A DNA stretch of 64,000 nt from a virus. Its lineage: Duplodnaviria; Caudoviricetes. The stretch spans positions 1 to 64,000 of the IMG/VR virus record IMGVR_UViG_2843449061_000008; one strand, written 5' to 3'. Under the pieces are notes generated by a model. It worked only from the letters and a program-made list of their open reading frames with translations. It was not told where the DNA came from and ran no database searches. Made by a program: the position numbers and the translations under genes. This document shows, one piece after another, positions 1 through 9,570 of the stretch (position 1 is the stretch's first letter; the number at the start of each line of letters is the position of its first letter).

Positions 1-1107
1 TTACAGCTGTGCCAACTTCTGTGACACCCCTCCCCCGATACGCATTGCCCGTTGCCGGGTTATAGGGTCGACATAGTCGAGGTACATCTCGGTCACCTTC
101 ACTGACGAGTGGCCGAGGATGAGCTGCAGATCGTAGATGCTCCCGTCGTCGCGAAGGTAGTTCACCGCGAATAGGTGCCTCAGGTCGTGCAGGCGGAACG
201 ACAGTGGTTCCAAGCCCTTATCAGCTTTTTGGGCCGCTGCGTTGATCCTGTTCCGGATTTGGATATGGCGGGACGCCACGTTTCGGAACGGCTGGCCATC
301 GTCGTGCCAGAAAACGTTCTGGGATTTGATGTGGCGAGGTATGCCACCCAGTATGACACCGGCCTGATGGCTCAAGGGAACCACCCGCGCGCGGCGGCCC
401 TTCGTCCTGGTGAGGGTGATACTGGACCCATCAGCGGCGATCTGCGGGCGAGTAAGGCCGACCGCTTCAGCTTCCCGCATGCCGGTGGTGGCGAGAAAGC
501 GAATCAGGGCGGCCCACATTGGCTTCACGTTGGCGCAGTACCGCTCGATCTCGGCCGCGGTCGGCAAGGTGATGGGCTCCCGCCGCTCTTTGATGTGCGA
601 CCGATCCCAGGTCCGGGCCGGGTTGTCGTCGCGCCAACCCCAGCCGACGCAGGCATGCAGAACGCTCGACAGAGCCGTCAGATCGCGACGCAGGGTCGCG
701 TTCGTCGCGGCCCGACGCTGCTTCGACCAGGTCACAATCTCGCCGATCGTCTTATGGGCGATTCGCTCGACCGGCAGTTCCTCCAGAGGCACGCGCTTGC
801 CGGCCGTCGAATCGGTAACGACGGCCGCAGCGATCTGGCCTATGGAGACGGCATAGCGCTGCGCCGTCGTGTCGTCGACGTTGTCGGGCAGGTACTCCTT
901 CAGCCATTTGCCCACCGCCTCGGGCCAGGAGTGGAGGTGGCCGCGCAGCTCCGCTAAGCGACGGTCGCGGCGGGAGACCGCTTCCGCTTGATCCTTTGTT
1001 CGTAGACTTTCTCGTATTGGCTGGCCGTCGATCTTGACCCTGAGGTACCAAGTCCCGTCGACTTGGTATAGGTTCCGGTCGTCGGCAGCCGTTGGCTGCT
1101 TAGACAT
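1..1107 (-). CDS. int: Tyrosine recombinase / phage integrase (outer prophage)
   Basis: Catalytic motifs GMREAE, HDLRH, LGH, MY; N-terminal arm-binding region. Confidence 0.95.
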   Translation of the reverse strand: MSKQPTAADDRNLYQVDGTWYLRVKIDGQPIRESLRTKDQAEAVSRRDRRLAELRGHLHSWPEAVGKWLKEYLPDNVDDTTAQRYAVSIGQIAAAVVTDSTAGKRVPLEELPVERIAHKTIGEIVTWSKQRRAATNATLRRDLTALSSVLHACVGWGWRDDNPARTWDRSHIKERREPITLPTAAEIERYCANVKPMWAALIRFLATTGMREAEAVGLTRPQIAADGSSITLTRTKGRRARVVPLSHQAGVILGGIPRHIKSQNVFWHDDGQPFRNVASRHIQIRNRINAAAQKADKGLEPLSFRLHDLRHLFAVNYLRDDGSIYDLQLILGHSSVKVTEMYLDYVDPITRQRAMRIGGGVSQKLAQL

Positions 1108-1301
1108 GTCGTAGCATCCTCACGAAGTTTAACCCAACGCCGCACCTCAGACTCGACGAAGGTCCAGGCACCCCCTTCGACGAGTTGTGCGGCACTGGGG
1201 ATTTTGCCCTGTTTGGCGAGCAACTGCACAGAGCGTTTGGATAGGCCGGTGATGGCGGCTACGCGATCGGCGCGGATACGCTCGGCCCCAGGGTTGTTCA
1301 T
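954..1301 (-). CDS. Excisionase-like HTH protein
   Basis: HTH (VAAITGLSKRSVQLLAKQGKIP...WTF) directly upstream of and overlapping int. Confidence 0.7.
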   Translation of the reverse strand: MNNPGAERIRADRVAAITGLSKRSVQLLAKQGKIPSAAQLVEGGAWTFVESEVRRWVKLREDATTCLSSQRLPTTGTYTKSTGLGTSGSRSTASQYEKVYEQRIKRKRSPAATVA

Positions 1302-1374
1302 CTACACCCCCGCCAGCGGCTGTAGGTTCTCCCACGGCGCCGCGGCCAAGCGCACGGGGCCGCAATCGTGGGCG

Positions 1375-1986
1375 TTACGCATCGCCGGCACTCCCGCCAC
1401 CATCATCGCCCTTTTCCGGATCGTCTTCGCTCTTCCCACCTTCCTCCGGCGGCTTCCTGAACAGGTCGCGCTGCCGCGGCGGAAGGCGCATGCCTGGCAC
1501 GATGGGAAGGTTCATCTCGACCCAAAGCTGCCTCCCGGCTTCCTTGCCCCAGAGATGCATGCCAGTGCGGACGGCGCCGAGGCGCTGATGGAAGGGCTGG
1601 CCAGACGGAGAGGAATCGAGGACCTTCCCCTCCATGTGCGCGCGGACCACGCTGTTGCACCACGCGTGGAACTTGTGGCTGAGGTACTTGGCATAGGCCA
1701 TGCCGATCTGCCAGTGCGCCCAGGTTGCGCCACCACCGACGCCACGGCCACCTCCGCCTTTGCGCGTTTCGATGCCGGATTTCCCGGCAACGAAAGCTGC
1801 TTCGATATGTGCGACAAATTCCTTTGTGCTTTCGAGAGCGCGCCAATCGCCAGGCGCTCGTCCGTCCGGCGAGCCTGCTGCCTTCCACATGTCGGTCATG
1901 TTCAGCATTTCGTCGCGATTCCGGATCACGACGTCGTTGTAGGGCGGCAAGCCGTTCCCATTCTTCATCGTCCAGTTCCTATGCAT
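1375..1986 (-). CDS. KilA-N domain DNA-binding protein
   Basis: LNMTDMWKAAG...ATWAHWQIGMAYAKYLSHKFHAWC is typical KilA-N. Confidence 0.88.
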   Translation of the reverse strand: MHRNWTMKNGNGLPPYNDVVIRNRDEMLNMTDMWKAAGSPDGRAPGDWRALESTKEFVAHIEAAFVAGKSGIETRKGGGGRGVGGGATWAHWQIGMAYAKYLSHKFHAWCNSVVRAHMEGKVLDSSPSGQPFHQRLGAVRTGMHLWGKEAGRQLWVEMNLPIVPGMRLPPRQRDLFRKPPEEGGKSEDDPEKGDDGGGSAGDA

Positions 1987-2026
1987 TCGAATGTTGAATT
2001 GAGGAATTCAGGTGGCGCATGGGCGG

Positions 2027-2644
2027 TCAGGCATCCGCCACCTCCCGAGCCTCCAGCTTGTCGATATTCGAGCGGTGGACGGCGAAGGTCAGGGCGACCA
2101 CCCAGGGGTTGGCGGCCCATGCGTCGGTGCTGTGAAGGCTGGTCCAGAGCCGGGCGAACACATCGCGCTCATCCTCGATGCTCGACCCCTCCGGCATTCC
2201 GATGTTCCCAGCATCCTCCCGCCACTGGAGCCATTCGTCCGTGATGGCGCCCTCGGCATAGACATCCTCGCGGGTGATGTCCTGCAACCGCTCGACCCGC
2301 ACCTGCTCGACCACCAGAGTGATCCGGCTGGCCCAGCGGGGCATGTGGATGGAGGGGCACCAGCGCATCGAGCCGTCGTTGTTGTGGCTCCGCGACGGGA
2401 ACCAGGACGGCGCGGGGCCAGAGCGGAGCGGCGACGGACCGCACGCCTGATACTCGACCTGATGCGTGGCGGCATCTCCGATCCCGCCTTCGTAGCTCAC
2501 TCGGGCGTTCTCCCGCACCCACAGCCGATCCCCCGGCTGCACCTTGGCGAGCGGGGAGGAGGCGAGACGGCGCGTCTGCGTCTTCCTGCCGTCGAGGAGC
2601 GCCCGAACCATCGGCGCGCTGAAGATGATCGGGACGTCACGCAT
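2027..2644 (-). CDS. Conserved phage ASCH/PUA-like protein
   Basis: IIFSAPMVRALLDGRKTQTRR, PSIHMPRWASRITL, NPWV motifs. Confidence 0.8.
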   Translation of the reverse strand: MRDVPIIFSAPMVRALLDGRKTQTRRLASSPLAKVQPGDRLWVRENARVSYEGGIGDAATHQVEYQACGPSPLRSGPAPSWFPSRSHNNDGSMRWCPSIHMPRWASRITLVVEQVRVERLQDITREDVYAEGAITDEWLQWREDAGNIGMPEGSSIEDERDVFARLWTSLHSTDAWAANPWVVALTFAVHRSNIDKLEAREVADA

Positions 2645-2948
2645 CGGTGGCCTCGATTCGCTCGGCGCCGTCCCGGACGCTCGCCGCGCCCAACTCGAAC
2701 GCCTCGATCAGTGCCCGGACCTGCCGGATGGCGTCTTCCAGGTGCATGCGGCGGTGTGGGCGATCCTCCAGCACGGCCAGCAGCTCGCAGGGAGCGAGGC
2801 CGCCGCGTTCGGCCAGCCGTTCGAGAATCTGACCGTGGTTGCGGTCGGCCCGATCCTTGTGGGGCGCGACAAGGCTCCAGGGGATCGAGCGGGGCGCATC
2901 CGCCGGCGGACGGGTCGGGTAGAGGATGGGGAAGGTGCGGTCAGCCAT
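2637..2948 (-). CDS. Hypothetical phage protein
   Basis: Overlap-coupled in the early operon; start MADRTFP. Confidence 0.6.
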   Translation of the reverse strand: MADRTFPILYPTRPPADAPRSIPWSLVAPHKDRADRNHGQILERLAERGGLAPCELLAVLEDRPHRRMHLEDAIRQVRALIEAFELGAASVRDGAERIEATDA

Positions 2949-3405
2949 GGGACGGCTCCTTCGTCTCGACCGGCGCGGGAGCGTTGGCAAGCGAGGGGAG
3001 GTCACCGGATCCAGCCGCCGCCAACTGCTCGACGACCTCCGGGCCCGTCCACCGCGGCGCGTTGTCGGGGTGGGTCAGGCCGTGGCTCTCCAAGACGATC
3101 CGGATCGCCATGATGGATTCCAGCGGCGGCTGCCCGCTGTAGTCGGTGAAGCTCCAGTCCCACATGTTCTTGACCGCGGTCGCGGCGCGCCAGGGAGCTT
3201 CCGGATCCGGGGCGCCACCCAGCGACACGCCGGTCGGCAGGTGGGTCAGCACATGCCGCTCGGTGTCCTGGTCGTGGTGGACCCCGAAGAAGCCGCGGGC
3301 CTTGCCGCTGACGGTGATCCACCCCTTCGAGGTGATGATGCGGTACTCGGCGTCGGTCCAGGTGCGATGGCCGATGGCGTCCGAGTTTAGGGGCTTGGTG
3401 TTCAT
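2941..3405 (-). CDS. Hypothetical phage protein
   Basis: GGAG RBS; packed in operon. Confidence 0.65.
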   Translation of the reverse strand: MNTKPLNSDAIGHRTWTDAEYRIITSKGWITVSGKARGFFGVHHDQDTERHVLTHLPTGVSLGGAPDPEAPWRAATAVKNMWDWSFTDYSGQPPLESIMAIRIVLESHGLTHPDNAPRWTGPEVVEQLAAAGSGDLPSLANAPAPVETKEPSHG

Positions 3406-3415
3406 GGCGAACTCC

Positions 3416-3637
3416 TTACGCCTTGGGGGCGCCGATCAGGGCGCGCGGGCGCGAGCCGGAGGGGAGGTTGCCCGTCGAGATGCCGGATCGGTCACGGGCA
3501 GCCGCCAGCAGGTCGCGCCGCCGTTGCGGGGTGATCTGGCCGGCGGCGAAGGCCCGGTCGATCCTGTTGCGCAGGGCCTGGAAGGCATCGATGCGCTGAT
3601 AGAGCAGGGACGCGGGCGGGAGAGGGCTGTGGGCCAT
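3416..3637 (-). CDS. Small hypothetical protein
   Basis: Fills the gap between operon genes. Confidence 0.55.
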   Translation of the reverse strand: MAHSPLPPASLLYQRIDAFQALRNRIDRAFAAGQITPQRRRDLLAAARDRSGISTGNLPSGSRPRALIGAPKA

Positions 3638-3643
3638 GGCCGG

Positions 3644-5872
3644 TCACTCCGCCGCGATCTGGCTGCTGGTGTCGACGGCAAGCGCGATGGTCAGCGGCTG
3701 GACCCAGATCGGGTCGCTGCTGAGCATGAAGCTCTCGCCAGACCAGGCGAGCAGAAGCGTGCGACCCATCACCGACGCCATGGCCGCGGCGGCATCGGGC
3801 GGGACCATGTTGCCGATGTGCTCACGCCAAGCCGCATCGCTGCCGCCGGCCAGCGTCAGGCAGGGGTTGTCGAGATCCACGAGGCTCTGGAGCGCTGCCA
3901 GTTCCAGCGTCGTGAACGGGCGGTGCCACGTCCCGTCGGTGGCCTGGATGACCGCAACCATCTTCTGGTCTGGAGCGGGCAGGCCGCTGACCGGCTCGCC
4001 AGCGACTTCTCGCGGGTCCGCAACGGACCAACGGCCGTTGTTGTTCTTCGGGTGGCCCGTCACGGCTCCGCTGGTTTCATCCCATCCCAGCACGCCGTAA
4101 TGCCCGCCCGTCGTATAGGCCTCCTTCCCATCCCGGAAGCAGTCGGGCCGGGGATCGGCGACCGAGAAGGCCCCGTTCGGCGGCAGGGACTCGCCCGCCA
4201 CGGCACCGGCGGCCTCGTCCCAGGTCCGCACCCCCAGCGCTCCGTTCCGGCGGTCGGTCGAGCAGCGCGGGTCCGCCACCGACAGGGCGCCCGACGTGAA
4301 GCCGTGGGAGGACGATGCGCTCCCGGTGATGGTCGACGACGGGTCGCCGTACGGGATCACCCGGAGCTTGCTGGTGTGGGCGTTCGGGTTCCACTGGCAC
4401 CGTGGGTCGGCAACGGAAAAAGCCCCCTGGCCGGTGGTGCTGGCCGCGATCACAGTCCCGGCGTGTTCATCGAAGCTGGTCACCCGATACTTGCTGGTGT
4501 GGCTCCCAACGGGCGCGCGGGGGTCGGCGACGCAACCGGCGCTTCCTGAGACGTGGCTGGCCCCGGTGACCGTCCGCGCCGGATCATCCCATCGCACAAT
4601 GTGGAAGATGTTGGTGTGAGTCCGGGCCTCGCTGTAGCCGGTGCGCGGATCAGCGACCGAATGCGGCCCCTGCCCAGGCGACTTCACGTTGATGATGGCG
4701 CCGGTCGGCTGGTCCCAGGTGCGGACGCCGTATTGGCCGTACTGGTCGGCGCCTTCGGGATGCCGTGGGTCCGCCACGCTGAAGGCTCCCGCCCCGGGGC
4801 GTGCATTGCCGGTGACAGTGCCGGACGGGCGCGCCCAATCCTGCACCCCGAGATAGCCGGTGCCTTCACGGGTGCTGGTGGCGCGCGGATCGGCCACGCT
4901 GAACCGTCCGGTGGTCGGGCCGGCGTTCCCCGTGATGGTCGGCGCCGTCCCGTCCCAGGGCAGCACACCGAGGATGTCGTCCCGCCAGCGGCCGGCGGGC
5001 ACGATCCCATAGTCGGCCAGCACGCCGTCTTCGACGCGCAGCCGGTTCAGCGACCGCCAGTCGGACCCGGCCTCCACGAAGGCCAGCCGCACCCACGTCT
5101 TCCAGTGCAGGGACGGCACGCGATGCATCGGCCCGGCCAGCGGATCGCCGGGCAAGGGCAGGCGCTCCAGCACCTCCCCGACGCCGCGCAGGCGACGCTT
5201 CGGCGGTTCGTAGAGGAATGGCGGCACCTTCGCCATGTGGCGGGCCACCATGAGGAACCGCTTGCGGCTCTGCGCCAGCCCCCCGATTTCGCCGCAGTCA
5301 TGGGCGGTCTCGGCGACGGCATAGCCGTAGCGGTGCAGCATCTTGATGATCTTGTCGAGCAGCCCGCGGCTCCGCTGGGCGATGCGGGGCACGTTCTCGA
5401 ACAGGATCAGTTCGTTCGGATCGTCGCCCCAAGCTTCCAGCGTCAGGAAGACGGCCCGCAGCGCCAGCTCGTTGAGCGCCACGTACTTGGGCGCCTGCGC
5501 CGTCTTGGTGGAGATGAGGCCGCTGTTCCCCTTGCAGGGGGTGGACATGAAGACGATGTGCGGGCGCTCGTAGCCGGCGGCGCGGCGGAAATCCTCCGCT
5601 GTTGCCGGGCGCCAGTCTGCCGGCGGTTCCTTCCCGTGAAAGGCGATGTATTGGCGCCGGTCGAACAGGTCCAGCACCGTGCCCTTCACGCCGGTCACCT
5701 TTTCCAGCGAGGCCGTGGCGATGGGATCGACGTCGACCGAGCCCACGCAGCGGAAGACGGCTTCCATGTTGCCGACGCGGGCGGAGCCCCGGTTGAAGCC
5801 CTTCACGCCGCCGCCGATGCCGCCGCAGACGTGGAAATGGCGGACTTCCCTATATTCGGTCAGCATCGTCAC
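3644..5872 (-). CDS. C5-cytosine DNA methyltransferase with 8 internal ~40-aa repeats
   Basis: Motifs CGGIGG, STPC, FENV, QSRKR; eight VADPR-ending repeats. Confidence 0.9.
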   Translation of the reverse strand: MTMLTEYREVRHFHVCGGIGGGVKGFNRGSARVGNMEAVFRCVGSVDVDPIATASLEKVTGVKGTVLDLFDRRQYIAFHGKEPPADWRPATAEDFRRAAGYERPHIVFMSTPCKGNSGLISTKTAQAPKYVALNELALRAVFLTLEAWGDDPNELILFENVPRIAQRSRGLLDKIIKMLHRYGYAVAETAHDCGEIGGLAQSRKRFLMVARHMAKVPPFLYEPPKRRLRGVGEVLERLPLPGDPLAGPMHRVPSLHWKTWVRLAFVEAGSDWRSLNRLRVEDGVLADYGIVPAGRWRDDILGVLPWDGTAPTITGNAGPTTGRFSVADPRATSTREGTGYLGVQDWARPSGTVTGNARPGAGAFSVADPRHPEGADQYGQYGVRTWDQPTGAIINVKSPGQGPHSVADPRTGYSEARTHTNIFHIVRWDDPARTVTGASHVSGSAGCVADPRAPVGSHTSKYRVTSFDEHAGTVIAASTTGQGAFSVADPRCQWNPNAHTSKLRVIPYGDPSSTITGSASSSHGFTSGALSVADPRCSTDRRNGALGVRTWDEAAGAVAGESLPPNGAFSVADPRPDCFRDGKEAYTTGGHYGVLGWDETSGAVTGHPKNNNGRWSVADPREVAGEPVSGLPAPDQKMVAVIQATDGTWHRPFTTLELAALQSLVDLDNPCLTLAGGSDAAWREHIGNMVPPDAAAAMASVMGRTLLLAWSGESFMLSSDPIWVQPLTIALAVDTSSQIAAE

Positions 5873-6354
5873 GCCCCCGGCGCAGCGCGGTTGTCCACCG
5901 CCGTGCGCTCGTCTTCAGGCGCCGTCATGTGCGCGGCATGCAGGACGCCCGTGGCCTTCAGCCGGTCGTAGGCGTCCAGATCGTGCGCCACCGCGACATA
6001 AGGCAGGGTGGCCGGGCGCGGCTGCTGGCCAGCCTTCCGCGCCAGATCATGGGCGTGCTCGTCGGGGTGCTTCTCGAACGTCGGCGGCAGGTCGACCAAC
6101 TCGGCCGGCACATAGGCCTGCGCCGTCTCGTCCCAGCGCTTCAGCTGGTACTGCACGATGGTGGGGAAGGCGACGCGGCCGTCGGCGGTGACCTGCTCCA
6201 GTACCGTGGCCTCACCGGGCGGCGGGGCCATGGTGGCGCAGGCGCGGAGGTGGCGGTTGGCGTGCCGCTGCGGCTGCGTCGGCGGGAATGAACTTTCGAT
6301 CAGCCGCCCGGTCCTGGTAATGCCGGTGCGGTGGGTCAGTTCGTCCATCATCAT
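5869..6354 (-). CDS. Hypothetical protein
   Basis: Stop overlaps MTase start; start uncertain. Confidence 0.55.
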   Translation of the reverse strand: MMMDELTHRTGITRTGRLIESSFPPTQPQRHANRHLRACATMAPPPGEATVLEQVTADGRVAFPTIVQYQLKRWDETAQAYVPAELVDLPPTFEKHPDEHAHDLARKAGQQPRPATLPYVAVAHDLDAYDRLKATGVLHAAHMTAPEDERTAVDNRAAPGA

Positions 6355-6362
6355 CGGCACCT

Positions 6363-6749
6363 TCAGTCCTGGGCGTGGTTGGGAGCGGGCTCGATCCATT
6401 CACCGCCGACTTCGGCGAAATCCGGATCGTCGCCGTCGATCACCGTCGGCTCGGGAGCGGGCAGGGCCGGGCGGACCTCTTCCGGCAGGTTCCAGCGGTC
6501 GCTGGCCCAGGCCCTGGCGCATTCCTCGGTGCAGGGCCGATAGCCGAAGAGGGCTTGGCCCGCGTAGAACTCGGTCAGGATCGGGGTATCGGTCCCCGGA
6601 CCGAACACGTCGATCCGGAGCATCTTGGTGCCGAAGCGCTCGACCTCGCGGGCCAGCCCGTAGCGGGTCCGGTGGCCGAGCAGCTCGACCTTCGCCCATT
6701 CGGCGGCCGGGGCGGCGGTCGCGGGAGTGCTAGGGGTGGTTTCCATCAT
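6363..6749 (-). CDS. Conserved phage hypothetical protein
   Basis: EWAKVELLGHRTRYG...MLRIDV motif; ATGA-coupled to the upstream ATPase. Confidence 0.7.
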   Translation of the reverse strand: MMETTPSTPATAAPAAEWAKVELLGHRTRYGLAREVERFGTKMLRIDVFGPGTDTPILTEFYAGQALFGYRPCTEECARAWASDRWNLPEEVRPALPAPEPTVIDGDDPDFAEVGGEWIEPAPNHAQD

Positions 6750-8458
6750 GCGGCCTCCTGCTGGGCGGCCTTCACCTCGGCCAGCGGTCGCGCGATGCCG
6801 CCGTCGATCCAGTAGGACCGGCCCATACCCGCGGCCTGCAGGTCCGGCACGAGGTCGGGCTTGCCGAAGGTCATGCACACCACGGCGGAGACGTCGGCGG
6901 CGCGCAGCATCTGGATCAGCCCGCCGCGCCCCAGGTGGTCCAGCACGTCGGCGGCGTCGATGATGACCAACCGGTGCCCTTCCATCTGGGCCAGGGCGAC
7001 CTGCAGGACGGCGCGCACGCGGAATTGGTCGCTGGAGAGCTGGGGGCCGAGACCGGACAGCAGCGGGTAGGCCCGTCCGCCATAGGTGACGGACAGATCC
7101 GGCTCGATCCGGACCGGCTGCCAGCCGGCGGCAGCGCACAGCTCGGCCAGCGGGCCGCCATTGAAGGTGTCCAGCACCTTCAGCAGCTTCGTCTTGCGCA
7201 GGCCTTCCGGCGAAAGCAGGGTCTGCACCATCGCGTTCACGGCCAGCTGCTTGGATAGCTCATGGGCTTCCAGATTCGCCTTCAGCGCGGCGTGCCGCCG
7301 CTGGGCCATGGCCAGCCGATCGCGCGCGGCCTGGACATCGGCGGCGCTGCCAGTGCCTCCCTTGGCCTTCAATGCAGCCAGCCGCTGGGAAGCGTCGTGG
7401 GCTGCCTGATGCGCCCGCTGGGCATCCGCCGCGGTCTGGTTGGCGGCGTCGAGCCGATTCTTAGCGTGCGAGGCGTTGCCGGCTGCGATGTTGATGGCCG
7501 TCTGGCGCTTCTTCAGCTCGGCATCGGACAGCGTGGCGGCCTGGACCAGTTCCATGGTCGGGCCGTGCCCGTTCACCTGCAGAGCCGCCTTGCAGCAGGG
7601 GCAGGCGAGGGCGTCCGGCTGCTGTGCCGGGGGCAGATCGTCCAGTTCCCGCTTGGCGGACTTGTAGGCGGCCTCGGCCTGCGACGCGACGACCTCCGCG
7701 TCCATCGACGCCTTGTGCAGGGACTCGATGTCAACACAGGCGGCGGTGAGGCGGTCGATCTCAGATTGATCCACCGCGGCGCCGGCGATGGCCTTCTCCA
7801 GATCAAGCTGGGCCTCGCCGACCACCGACGACAGATCGTCCAGTTCGGCCTCTGTCAGATCGGCGGTCCAGTCCTTCGGGAGCCAGCCCTTGGCCTTCTC
7901 CGACCCATACTTCTCGCCGGTCACGCCCTCCCACCGGCCCTTGAACCGGGCGCCCTTGTCCTTCACATCGGCGGCCTTGCCGTCCCAGCCGATCGCCTCG
8001 ATGTCGGCCCAGACCTTCTCGACCACCGGAGCCGGAATCCCGGCATCGGTGAAGGCCTGCAGCAGGTCGTCCTTGTCCGGCGCGGTATGGAGCGCCCTGG
8101 CGAGGAAGGTGGCGCGATCCTTCGGCGCCATGTCCACCAGATGCTCCAGCCCGGCGGCGTGGGCGTTGATGGCCTGCGGCGTGCCGTCGGTGATGAACTC
8201 GCACTTCGGCCAGGAGGCCGTGGCCTTGCCGGACTCGGACTGCACCACCGCATAGGCCGTGGAGCAGCCGGCGCGGACCAGCTTCCCGCCATCCTTCTTC
8301 AGCAGCCCGCCGAGCTGGACGGTGCCGGTCAGCGCGGCGGCGAGACCCTTGGCGATGCTGGACTTGCCCTGGCTGTTGCGGCCGGCGACCAGCGTAATGC
8401 CTTCGATCTCCAGGTCGGCACGCTCGACCACCTGGAAGTCCCGGATATTGGCTTTCAT
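6746..8458 (-). CDS. SMC/Rad50-like ABC ATPase
   Basis: Walker A GRNSQGKSS, coiled coil with CPCC hook, LSG signature, IIDAAD Walker B. Confidence 0.85.
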   Translation of the reverse strand: MKANIRDFQVVERADLEIEGITLVAGRNSQGKSSIAKGLAAALTGTVQLGGLLKKDGGKLVRAGCSTAYAVVQSESGKATASWPKCEFITDGTPQAINAHAAGLEHLVDMAPKDRATFLARALHTAPDKDDLLQAFTDAGIPAPVVEKVWADIEAIGWDGKAADVKDKGARFKGRWEGVTGEKYGSEKAKGWLPKDWTADLTEAELDDLSSVVGEAQLDLEKAIAGAAVDQSEIDRLTAACVDIESLHKASMDAEVVASQAEAAYKSAKRELDDLPPAQQPDALACPCCKAALQVNGHGPTMELVQAATLSDAELKKRQTAINIAAGNASHAKNRLDAANQTAADAQRAHQAAHDASQRLAALKAKGGTGSAADVQAARDRLAMAQRRHAALKANLEAHELSKQLAVNAMVQTLLSPEGLRKTKLLKVLDTFNGGPLAELCAAAGWQPVRIEPDLSVTYGGRAYPLLSGLGPQLSSDQFRVRAVLQVALAQMEGHRLVIIDAADVLDHLGRGGLIQMLRAADVSAVVCMTFGKPDLVPDLQAAGMGRSYWIDGGIARPLAEVKAAQQEAA

Positions 8459-8472
8459 GGACGTCTCCCGGA

Positions 8473-9570
8473 TCAGGTGGCGGCGAACAGGCTGGCGGCG
8501 TCCGAGGGCGGAGCGGCCTTGCTCGGCGCCGGTTGGCCCTCCGACACGGTTTCCGCCGTCCGGGCGTCGACCTGCTGCATGGGCATGGCCGGTTCCGGCT
8601 TGTGTTCGAGCTGCGGCTGTCCGGTTTCCGCTTCACCGGATTCTTCCAAAGGGTCCGGCGCATCCTCGCTGTCCATGACCGTGTCGAGGACGTTGTATTC
8701 GGTGCCCTCCAGCACCTGGGAAAGGCCCTGCGTCTCGCCGCGTTCGGCGCGCCCTTCCAGCGCCGCGGCGGCGGCCAGCTCGACGGACATCGGGAGGTAC
8801 TTGCAGAGGCGACGGATGACGGTCTTGCGCGCCATCTCCTCCCAGTTAGTGATCCAGGGATTCTTGTCGCTGTTGAAGCGCTTGGCGGTCTTGTAGCCCT
8901 GCGATTCGTCGCGGATCGCGTTGACCTGTTCGAGGGACATCCATTCGAACTGGTAGCCGCCGCCCTTCAGCTTGGCGACGGCGTAGACGCCGAGCGGAGC
9001 GCCGGGCTTGCCGTTGAGGTTCGGCTTGTGGGTGATGCTGTCGGCGGTTCCGTACTCGACGCTGAAATCATCGCCCTTGTAGGCGACGCGAGCGGCAATG
9101 GTCTCGATCTCACCGGAGCGGCGGGCAAGCTCCACCAACCCCTTGTAGCCGATGACGACTTGGACCTCGTAGACCTCGATCTTGATCAGTGCGTTACGCT
9201 CGTCACGCACCTTCTTGGTGGTTTTGAACGGGATCAGGTAGATGTGCCCCTGCGGCGTGTTCGGCTCAAGGCCGAGCTGCGCGCAGGAGATGACGGCGCC
9301 GAACAGGGACTCGATGGTGCATTCCATCAGCTTCGGCGTGGTGCGCAGCGCACGAAGCGCGATCTTCAGCATCCGGTCCGGCGTCATGTGCGTCGGCAGA
9401 ACGGCCTTGATCGCGTCCTTGTTGGCCTCGAAGAAGGCGGCGACGGTTCCCCCGCCCGCCTGCCGGGCGACGAGCCGCCCGGCCTTTCGAATATCTTCGG
9501 GTGAGCGGGGGGCCGCGATCTGCGGCGGCTTGCCCGCGCTCTCGGTGGCGACGGTGGCCATGGGAATCAC
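8473..9570 (-). CDS. recT: RecT-family single-strand annealing recombinase
   Basis: LGLEPNTPQGHIYLIPF, IGYKGLVELARRSG, EMARKTVIRRLCKYLP. Confidence 0.93.
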   Translation of the reverse strand: MIPMATVATESAGKPPQIAAPRSPEDIRKAGRLVARQAGGGTVAAFFEANKDAIKAVLPTHMTPDRMLKIALRALRTTPKLMECTIESLFGAVISCAQLGLEPNTPQGHIYLIPFKTTKKVRDERNALIKIEVYEVQVVIGYKGLVELARRSGEIETIAARVAYKGDDFSVEYGTADSITHKPNLNGKPGAPLGVYAVAKLKGGGYQFEWMSLEQVNAIRDESQGYKTAKRFNSDKNPWITNWEEMARKTVIRRLCKYLPMSVELAAAAALEGRAERGETQGLSQVLEGTEYNVLDTVMDSEDAPDPLEESGEAETGQPQLEHKPEPAMPMQQVDARTAETVSEGQPAPSKAAPPSDAASLFAAT

